A stretch of DNA of 64,000 nucleotides from an uncultured delta proteobacterium (GTDB taxonomy: Bacteria > Desulfobacterota > BSN033 > UBA1163). The notes beneath the pieces are model-generated. The model saw only the letters and a list, made by a program, of their open reading frames with translations. It was not told where the DNA came from and ran no database searches. Position 1 is the stretch's first letter; each line of letters begins with the position of its first letter. Below, one piece after another: positions 56,133 to 64,000 of the stretch. Position numbers and translations under genes: made by a program. Where the stretch lies: NCBI GenBank assembly GCA_963711845.1, contig CAVQFR010000015.1:150347-214346 (forward strand), given 5' to 3'.

Positions 56133-57038
56133 TTACTCCAATCTTCCCTCCTGTTGAAGTTGAGCAAGGATACCTCTGATTTGAGGAAGGGCCTCGATGG
56201 CTGCTTTTTCACCCTCGAGGATGGCCTCGTGTCTCTTTGAAAAATCACTTGAACTGATATACCCCACCTTGGGTCGAATCACGATGTCGGCCTGGTTCAC
56301 TTGTATCAAAGCGAGTTTCGAATACATGATATTGAGGGATTGGAATATGGTCTCCATGGTACTCTCCGGTTTGGGACGATCAATATCTTTGGAGATATCC
56401 ACGGCGATGACGACATCCGCACCCAATCTCTTTGCCGCACCCACCGCCACAGGGCTGACGACACCTCCATCGACGTAGACTCTGTCGCCGATTTTCACCG
56501 GCCTAAATACCCCGGGGATGGAACAACTCGCCCTCACAGCCTGCCCGGTGTTCCCTCTGCCAAACACAACCTCCTGGCCGCTTTGGATATCTGTTGCCAC
56601 AGCATAAAAAGGAATCTTCAATTTCTCCATGGGAGTATGATTCAGGGTCTTATTGATGAACTCTTCGAGTTTCTCCCCTTTGATGAACCCATTGTCCGGA
56701 ATGATCATCAGATCCACAACATCCCCTTTCTCTATCGAAAAGGACACCTTCTGAAGCTGAAAGGCATTATGACCATAAGCATAAAGACTTCCGACAGCGC
56801 TGCCAACACTTGTCCCGATGATCATATGGATTGGAACTTTGTTCGTTTCGAGGATCTTGAGGACCCCGATATGAGCGAACCCTTTTGAGGAGCCCGCACC
56901 TAAAACGAGAGCGATCTTCGCTGGCTTAGGCGGAGGAGGAGACTCGACTTTCGTTGGAGGCGCGATCTCTTTTGGAACGCATGAGGCGGCCACGAGAACG
57001 AAAATAATCAGAATGCTAAGTACTATATTTCGACTCAT
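56133..57038 (-). CDS. Patatin-like phospholipase (lipoprotein)
   Basis: Lipobox AASC, LGAGSSKGFAHIG, GTSVG, DGG. Confidence 0.92.
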   Translation of the reverse strand: MSRNIVLSILIIFVLVAASCVPKEIAPPTKVESPPPPKPAKIALVLGAGSSKGFAHIGVLKILETNKVPIHMIIGTSVGSAVGSLYAYGHNAFQLQKVSFSIEKGDVVDLMIIPDNGFIKGEKLEEFINKTLNHTPMEKLKIPFYAVATDIQSGQEVVFGRGNTGQAVRASCSIPGVFRPVKIGDRVYVDGGVVSPVAVGAAKRLGADVVIAVDISKDIDRPKPESTMETIFQSLNIMYSKLALIQVNQADIVIRPKVGYISSSDFSKRHEAILEGEKAAIEALPQIRGILAQLQQEGRLE

Positions 57039-57246
57039 TTTCTTCCTCCCTATGAATCATTAGATGAAACTTTTCAGAATCAACAAAGATACCGAATCAT
57101 ACCAGTTTTTTAGTGATTCTTAAATAGTGACTTTCTTACCTTTTGTGACAAAAAAAGGCACATCCTCTCTCCAATTAGACTTCAGGATTCTTAATAATAC
57201 CCTTTAAAATCACTCAATTTCATTGATTTTGTTAAATAATTCAGGT

Positions 57247-57262
57247 TGGCACCGATACTGCT
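57247..57262 (+). promoter_or_regulatory. Sigma54 promoter
   Basis: TGGCACCGATACTGCT matches TGGCAC-N5-TTGC spacing. Confidence 0.65.
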
Positions 57263-57304
57263 CATTAATTGAGAAGTCCTGGATCATTAAAAAAATAAAA
57301 GATC

Positions 57305-57340
57305 GCCGATCAAGCCAAACTACGAGTAATCGTGGGGCGC
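57305..57340 (+). ncRNA. 5' half of a GEMM-I (cyclic dinucleotide) riboswitch-like motif
   Basis: gccaaac-tacga-gtaa-tcgtg-gggcgc; second hairpin not recognisable. Confidence 0.3.
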
Positions 57341-57426
57341 CTCCTCGCCGTAATTCGCTGACGTGAAAATTTTACAAGTTCTGAAGACCGGCATTGGATG
57401 TGGAATTAAATAAAGAGGAGTGAAAT

Positions 57427-60400
57427 ATGGGTTTGAAAAATATTCAAAGACCGATCGAACAAATTGACCATTTAAAGATGGTGATGGAAAACTTAAGAAA
57501 TCCATGAGGCAGCAAGAATATTGCAGGAGATAAGGTCGTTATCGGAAATTGAAGTCACACTCAAGCCATTCAATATACACACGACCTCCAGGGACAGTTC
57601 CTCTCTGTGGATCAAGAAACTACTGAACTCCTGGGTTATGACAGAAATTCCTTTTGAACATGAATGTCAGTGCTCTTTTGGCGTCTGAGGTCAGGCATAA
57701 TTTGAGACATACCTGGATGAAAGGGGCGATGACTCAATCAAAAAAAGTATCGAGAACTCTCGAACAGGTTGAAGTATTCAAAATCGCTAGAGGAACATGC
57801 CATAGACGCAGCCTAGAGACATTAGTTGTCGTATGTAGAGAGACAGGAAGGAGAGTTACTGACCATTAGAATAGATATACTTGTAAGAATGCGTGTAGTA
57901 GAGAAGTAGGCTTGAAGAATATGGATTTAAAAATATCAGAACGTAAAAAATTGTGTCAAACCTTCAATGGAGTCTACAGGACAGGGGAGCCGGTTAAGGT
58001 ATTAGATGTAGAAGTGATCAGAAAAGACGGGACTAAAGCGGTTGACCAAACTTCGGTATCTCTGATAAGGGATTCAGAAGGCAAACCGATCGGATTCCGG
58101 GGTATTGCTCGGGATGTCACGAGCATAAGCAGGAGAAGAAGCAGTAAGGCAAAACGTCTGTCTCAAGAGAATGCCGTCATGGCCGAGATCGGACGAATTA
58201 TGAGCTCAACCTTGAACATCGATGAAGTATATGAGCGCTTTGCGGAAGAGGTCCGAAAACTCATCCCCTTTGACCGGATTGTGATTAACGTCATTGATAT
58301 TGAAAAGGCCACCGTTACAAATGTCTACATGGCAGGGACAGGGATTGCGGATCGGAAAGTTGAAGAGGTCTACCCTATCAAAGGTTCAGGCAATGCCGAG
58401 ATGGTACGTACAAAGTCAAGCCTTCTCATCCAAACGGAGGACTTCAATGAATACAAAGATCGTTTCCCCATGCTTTTGTCCACTTTTCAGGCCGGGTTTC
58501 GATCGATCATGAATATTCCTTTATTCTCAAAAGGGAGGATAATAGGAGGGCTGCTTTTGAGGTCTCTGAAGCCATATGCCTATACGGATGGAGATGTGAG
58601 GCTTGCTGAAAGAGTGGGAGATCAGATCGCTGGAGCCATCGCCAATGCACAGCTCTTTACTGAACGAAAGCGCGCAGAGGAAGCGGCGGCAAGGTTAGCT
58701 CAAGAGAATGCTGTCATGGCCGAGATCGGACGAATCATCAGCTCAACTCTGAACATCGAGGAAGTTTATGAGCGCTTTGCGGAAGAAGTTCGTAAACTCA
58801 TCTCTTTTGATCGGATTACTGATCAACATTGTCAATCCCGGTAGACAACTCTGCCAGCTTCGCGTACGCGGCAGGGACTCGATGTCACAGAATCGGAACC
58901 GGGTCGGAGATGTCTTCCCCTCTCAAGGGCACTGCTACCTGTTGAAATGGCCTCGACCAGACGCTCCGGAATTCTTATTCTGATGGAGAACGAAGAGGCG
59001 GTCGCCCAGACTCATCGCACTTTGCTGAATACCTTTCGAACCGGATTTCGATCACTGATGTCAGTCCCTTTGATCTCGAAAGATCAGGTGATAGGGGTTC
59101 TTACATTGCGATACTTGCAAGGAAAATGCCTATACGGAGCTGGACCTGAGGCTGGCCGAAAGGGTGGGTAATCAGATCGCCGGCGCTATTGCCAGCGCGC
59201 AGATGTACGCTGAGCGATTCAGGATATTACCGACGCAAGCGCGCAGAGGAGGCCCTAAGAAAGAGTGAAGCGAAATTTCAGGACCTCTTTGATGAAGCCC
59301 CTGTTGGTTACCAAGAAATCGATTCTGAGGGCCGAATTATCCGGATCAACCGCACAGAGTTAGACATGCTGGGATATACCGCGGAGGAGATGTTTGGTAG
59401 GTATGTGTGGGACTTTATCACTGATGAGGGATCTCGGCAAAAAGTTAGGGGAAAATTAGCAGGCACCATAGCATCTGGCATAGCCTTCGAGCGTCCATTT
59501 CAACGAAAAGATGGGACAACATTTCCAGCCGTTATGCAGGACCGAGTCCTTCGGAATTCCGAAGGGAAGATAACAGGCATACGGGCGACCGTTCAGGATG
59601 TCACAGAACGTAGGCGAACGGAGGAAGAAAAGGCACTCCTTCAAGAGCAGCTTCGTCAATCGCAGAAGATGGAGGCCATTGGTAAGCTGGCAGGCGGCGT
59701 GGCCCATGATTTCAACAATCTTCTAACGGTCATCCACGGCTACAGCGAATTAATGCTAAATAGCCTGGATCAGGAGAGCCGGCTTCGGCAGGATGTCCAG
59801 GAGATCATCAACGCCTCAGAGCGCGCTTCCTCTCTGACGCGCCAACTCTTGGCCTTCAGCCGAAAGCAGGTCCTCCAGCCAAAGGTTCTCGACCTCAATG
59901 CTCATGTCTCTAATATGGATAAGATGCTTCGACGGATGATCGGCGAAGATGTTGAGCTGGTGACTCTATTGACTAAAGATTTGGGAAGGATCAAGGCAGA
60001 TCCAGGTCAGATCGAACAGGCGATCCTCAATCTCGCCGTGAATGCCAAGGATGCCATGCTGAGCGGAGGGAAACTCACCATTGAAACGGCTAATGTAAAA
60101 TTGGATGAAAACTATGCTCGTTCCCGAATCGGGGTTACCCCCGGGGATTACGTGATGCTCTCGATGAGCGATACGGGAGTGGGCATGGCACCAGAGACCA
60201 AAGAACGGATCTTTGAACCCTTCTTTACCACCAAGGAAAAAGGGAAGGGAACGGGTCTTGGCCTTTCAACGGTCTACGGAATCGTCCAACAGAGCGGCGG
60301 CAATATTTGGGTTTACAGTGAGCCGGGACTGGGGACCACCTTTAAGATCTATCTGCCAAGGATCGAGGAAGGGACTGAATCACTCAGGCCGGCGGCTATC

Positions 60401-60793
60401 TCAACTAAATGCCTTCAGGGATCTGAAACCATCTTATTGGTCGAAGATGAAGAAATGGTCCGGAAATTGGCTTGCACGGTCCTTGAAAAGAACGGCTACA
60501 CGGTGTTAGAGGCATCCAACGGAGACGAGGCCCTTGACGTCGTCCAAGGACGAAATGGCAACCCAATCCATTTAGTGGTGACAGATGTCGTGATGCCTGG
60601 AATGAGCGGTCGTCAGCTGGCGGACCGTCTAGTGTCTCTGCGGCCGGAGATCAAGATCCTTTATATGTCGGGTTATACGGATGATGCCATCGTCCACCAT
60701 GGTGTTTTGGACCCGGGCATTGCCTATATTCAGAAACCCTTCACTCCTGACGCCTTAGCCTCCAAGGTGCGTGATATACTGGATGGAAATTGA
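57427..60793 (+). pseudogene. Hybrid histidine kinase PAS-PAS-GAF-GAF-PAS-HisKA-HATPase-REC; 5' part frameshifted
   Basis: YTHDLQG PAS remnant, duplicated QENAVMAEIGRI GAF units, [25 protein letters not shown]; clean C-terminal ORF 59189-60793. Confidence 0.8.
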
Positions 60794-60841
60794 AAAGGTG
60801 ATGCTTGATGAGAATAAGGACCCTTCTTCACAGCAAGGTGG

Positions 60842-61714
60842 CTAAATCGAACGATTCGAAAACATTTGGGCAGCGTGGAAGGAACTTCGGACGAAGGGAC
60901 CTGAAGCCACAGATTTGAAACCCATCCCTTCCCCTATCTTTTTATACTCTTCAAACTCCTCAGGAGGAATATATCGTACCACCGGCAACCGATCCGGACG
61001 GGGCTGAAGATATTGACCGATCGTTAAGAAATCACATCCTACTTCGCTCAAGTCCCGAAGCAATGAAAAAATCTCTTTCTCTGTCTCTCCCAACCCGAGC
61101 ATAAACCCTGACTTGGTAAGCGTCTGAGCATCCCTCTCCTTTGCCCTCTTTAACAGATGGAGCGATCTCCTATAGTCTGCCTGGGGTCGAACTTCTTGAT
61201 AGAGCCGAGGAACCGTCTCAATGTTGTGATTCAGAACGTCTGGACCTTCTTTCAAAACGGCGGCCAGGGAGGAGAGGTCACCTTTGAAATCTGGAATCAA
61301 TACCTCAATCTTTATCTCTCGATCCAGCGCTCGAATCGCCTGAATGGTTTTGGCAAAATGGGAAGCTCCTCCATCCAGCAGATCATCCCGGGTCACGGAG
61401 GTAATCACCACATAATGAAGACCCATCTTTCTTACAGCTTGGGCCACTTTTTCTGGTTCTTCTTCATCCGGGGGAACCGACACCCCGTGCTCAACAGCAC
61501 AGAAGCCGCAATTCCTTGTGCAGATTCTTCCCAGGATCAAAACCGTCGCGGTCCCTTTGGAAAAACATTCTCCAAGGTTCGGACAGCGAGCCTCTTCGCA
61601 GACGGTGTGCAGGTCTGCCGAATCCAGGATCGACTTCACCTTCACAAGATCCTCAAAAGGCGGGATCCGTTTCTTCAGCCAAGGCGGCTTCGATCTGTTC
61701 TGAACGTTAACCAT
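60842..61714 (-). CDS. lipA: Lipoyl synthase
   Basis: TVCEEARCPNLGEC, CTRNCGFC, TIGQYLQP, VRSSF. Confidence 0.97.
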   Translation of the reverse strand: MVNVQNRSKPPWLKKRIPPFEDLVKVKSILDSADLHTVCEEARCPNLGECFSKGTATVLILGRICTRNCGFCAVEHGVSVPPDEEEPEKVAQAVRKMGLHYVVITSVTRDDLLDGGASHFAKTIQAIRALDREIKIEVLIPDFKGDLSSLAAVLKEGPDVLNHNIETVPRLYQEVRPQADYRRSLHLLKRAKERDAQTLTKSGFMLGLGETEKEIFSLLRDLSEVGCDFLTIGQYLQPRPDRLPVVRYIPPEEFEEYKKIGEGMGFKSVASGPFVRSSFHAAQMFSNRSI

Positions 61715-61720
61715 TGAAAT

Positions 61721-62443
61721 CTATTCGCTGCTCGGAATTTGGTGTTTAATTTCAACCTGCCATCTGCCATCTGCTATCAGCCCTTCTAAGTCCTTCTCCT
61801 CCCACTCTTTTTTGAAGACCTCCTTAAAGTGGAAGATGATCCTCTCCGCTAATTCCTTGCGGCGGATCTTCTTTCCGAGGATCTTTGCCATGGAGGTCAT
61901 CTTTTTCCCCACAAGGCCACAGGGGTCCATCAGGTCGAAGTATTTCAGATCTGTTTCATAGTTCAATGCAAATCCGTGAAACGAGACCCACCGTTTGATC
62001 GCCACACCGATGGAGGCAATCTTGTCGCCGTTCGCCCAGACGCCGCGATTGGAGGGATCTTTCTCTCCCTCGATCCCAAAATCTTTTAGAACGTGGAGGA
62101 TCACTTCTTCCAGCTGATCAACGTACCGAATGAAACGATATCCATAGTCCTTCAAGTCGAGGATGGGATAGACGACCATCTGTCCCGGACCGTGGTAAGT
62201 GATATCCCCGCCCCTCTCCACATGGAAGATGGAAACCTTCATCGCTTCGAGAATCTCCGGAGCAACCTTTAGGTGGTCGCGATGGCCACGCCTTCCCAAC
62301 GTGATCACATGAGGATGTTCAACGATGAGGAGCAAATCTGGCGCTTCCCCTTCCACCCGCTTCGACCAAAGTTGGCGCTGAAGGTCCCAGGCCTTTTCAT
62401 AGTCCATTAAACCGAGATCTAGCATGTAACCTTTGGCGTCCAT
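61721..62443 (-). CDS. lipB: Octanoyltransferase
   Basis: EHPHVITLGR, RGGDITYHGPGQ, KIASIG, HGFALN, PCG. Confidence 0.96.
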   Translation of the reverse strand: MDAKGYMLDLGLMDYEKAWDLQRQLWSKRVEGEAPDLLLIVEHPHVITLGRRGHRDHLKVAPEILEAMKVSIFHVERGGDITYHGPGQMVVYPILDLKDYGYRFIRYVDQLEEVILHVLKDFGIEGEKDPSNRGVWANGDKIASIGVAIKRWVSFHGFALNYETDLKYFDLMDPCGLVGKKMTSMAKILGKKIRRKELAERIIFHFKEVFKKEWEEKDLEGLIADGRWQVEIKHQIPSSE

Positions 62444-62456
62444 CGTCTTAACCCTT

Positions 62457-62631
62457 AAATCCGAAATTCGAATATCGAAACTCCTGCCTTCGTCCCGCAA
62501 GGCGGGGCTTCGCGCAGGCAGGCGAAACAATTTCTAAATCCGAATGATCAAATTTCCAAAACTTTTCTTCTGAGTTTTGAATTTTGTATTTCGGTCATTC
62601 GAATTTGTTTCGTATTTCGTGCTTCGGATTT
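62457..62631. repeat. Heptamer inverted array with CCTGCC...GGCAGG insert
   Basis: aaatccg-aaattcg-aatatcg-aaact[62483-62522]cg ... atttcgg/tttcgta/tttcgtg/cttcgga. Confidence 0.75.
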
Positions 62632-62640
62632 AGATACGAC

Positions 62641-63990
62641 TTACTTTAATGCTTTCTCTAATGCTTCGGCCCAGCGGTCGATCTCTTCTCGGGTCTTCAT
62701 CTCCGTAACGGTGACGAGAAGGTGATGATTCATCTCAGGGTAAAACCTTCCCAAAGATAATCCACCCAAAATCTTTTTCCCTTTTAACCCCTCCAAAACC
62801 CGTTCCGGCTCCCCTTGAGTCCTCAAGACAAACTCATTGAAGGTGGGAGAAGAAAAAACGAGTTTACAGCCGCGGATCTGAGAGGCTATCTTCTTGGCGT
62901 ATTCTGCCTTGCTCAGATTCATCCGGGCCAGTTCTCTCAGGCCTCTTTTTCCTAGGCAGGTAAGAAAGATGGTCGCCATCAGGGCGCAGAGCCCTTCATT
63001 CGTGCAGATATTGGAAGTCGCCCTTTCTCTCCGAATGTGTTGTTCTCTGGTCGCAAGCGTGAGGACGAAGCCACGCTTTCCTTCCAAGTCAACGGTTTCC
63101 CCGACTAATCGCCCGGGCATATTTCGAACGAACTTCTCCCGGGTGGCAAAAATTCCAAGGTAAGGGCCTCCGTACGAAAGGGGGATGCCAAAACTCTGAC
63201 CTTCCCCTGCAACAATATCCGCTCCCTCCTCTCCAGGAGGTTTCAGAATCCCGTAAGCGACGGCTTCGCTGAAACCAACGATCATCAATCCTCCGGCCTC
63301 ATGAGCCTGATCGGCCATGGGGTGGAGATCTTCGACGACACCAAAAAAGTTGGGGCTTTGAATGACGACTCCACTCACTTCCCCATCGAGAAGATCAGAC
63401 AATCTTCTTTCATCTGTCCCACCCTCATCTTTCTTATAGGGGATCGGAATGATTTCCTGTTGATCAGGATCGATGTAGGTCTGGATGACCTTCCGATATT
63501 CCGGATGGACCGCCTCGGATAGCAGGATTTTCCTCCTTTTTGTCACTCGCCCGGCCATCAATACCGCCTCTGCTAAGCTGGAGGCGCCATCATACATCGA
63601 GGCATTCGAAACCTCCATGCCCGTCAATTGACACATCAACGTTTGATACTCGAAGATCGCCTGCAATGTTCCCTGACTGATCTCAGGTTGATAGGGAGTA
63701 TAGGCCGTGTAAAATTCGGACCGGGAAATCAGGGCAGAAATGATAGAAGGAATAAAATGATGATAGGCCCCTGCGCCGAGGAAACTGCTATCGGCCGGTG
63801 ACTGAAGCTCTTGAAAGTGGCGAAGGAGGTCGGGTTCAGAGAGAGGCTCAGGAAGGTTTAAAGGTTTGGAGAGTCTGTATTCTTCGGGAATCATCTCGAA
63901 GAGGTCTTCTACCTTCTTCGCACCCACAAATTCGAGCATGATCTGGATATCTTCTTCGGTATGAGGGATATAGCGGGTGAAATCATTCAT
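62641..63990 (-). CDS. gcvPA: Glycine dehydrogenase subunit 1
   Basis: FLGAG, YTPYQPEISQG, NASMYDG, REQHIRRERATSNICTN. Confidence 0.97.
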   Translation of the reverse strand: MNDFTRYIPHTEEDIQIMLEFVGAKKVEDLFEMIPEEYRLSKPLNLPEPLSEPDLLRHFQELQSPADSSFLGAGAYHHFIPSIISALISRSEFYTAYTPYQPEISQGTLQAIFEYQTLMCQLTGMEVSNASMYDGASSLAEAVLMAGRVTKRRKILLSEAVHPEYRKVIQTYIDPDQQEIIPIPYKKDEGGTDERRLSDLLDGEVSGVVIQSPNFFGVVEDLHPMADQAHEAGGLMIVGFSEAVAYGILKPPGEEGADIVAGEGQSFGIPLSYGGPYLGIFATREKFVRNMPGRLVGETVDLEGKRGFVLTLATREQHIRRERATSNICTNEGLCALMATIFLTCLGKRGLRELARMNLSKAEYAKKIASQIRGCKLVFSSPTFNEFVLRTQGEPERVLEGLKGKKILGGLSLGRFYPEMNHHLLVTVTEMKTREEIDRWAEALEKALK

Positions 63991-64000
63991 CTATTCTTCC

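Noticed and set aside
41024-59200. Programmed frameshifting or mass pseudogenisation
   Set aside because: Indels are scattered across unrelated genes with no slippery-site pattern; better explained by consensus errors

Overview
Bacterial chromosomal window, most likely from an anaerobic Desulfobacterota ('Deltaproteobacteria')-type genome; this is inferred from ahbD, the parAB-bactofilin-atp synteny and the GcvT-GlyA fusion. The left part (1-32.7 kb) is mostly housekeeping: pyk, nagA, hemB-ahbD, polA, radA, rsmG-parA-parB-bactofilin and a complete H+-type F1Fo atp operon with a single b subunit. A 7.3-kb block (Cache histidine kinase, sigma54 regulator, type IIA P-type ATPase, 67-aa single-TM protein) appears twice in tandem (33741-41023 and 41024-48334). 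Synonymous divergence of a truncated gene tail, plus many frameshifts right of 41024, suggests a chimeric join of two related strains rather than a true duplication. The right part holds C1/glycine genes (GcvT-GlyA fusion, OFA-type antiporter, gcvPA, lipAB) and signalling genes. Intergenic DNA is rich in nested miniature repeats: heptamer-periodic inverted arrays, REP-like doublets, IS200/IS605-like and TIR miniature elements. I recognised no tRNA, rRNA, CRISPR array or intact transposase. All calls come from motif recognition only; no searches were run.
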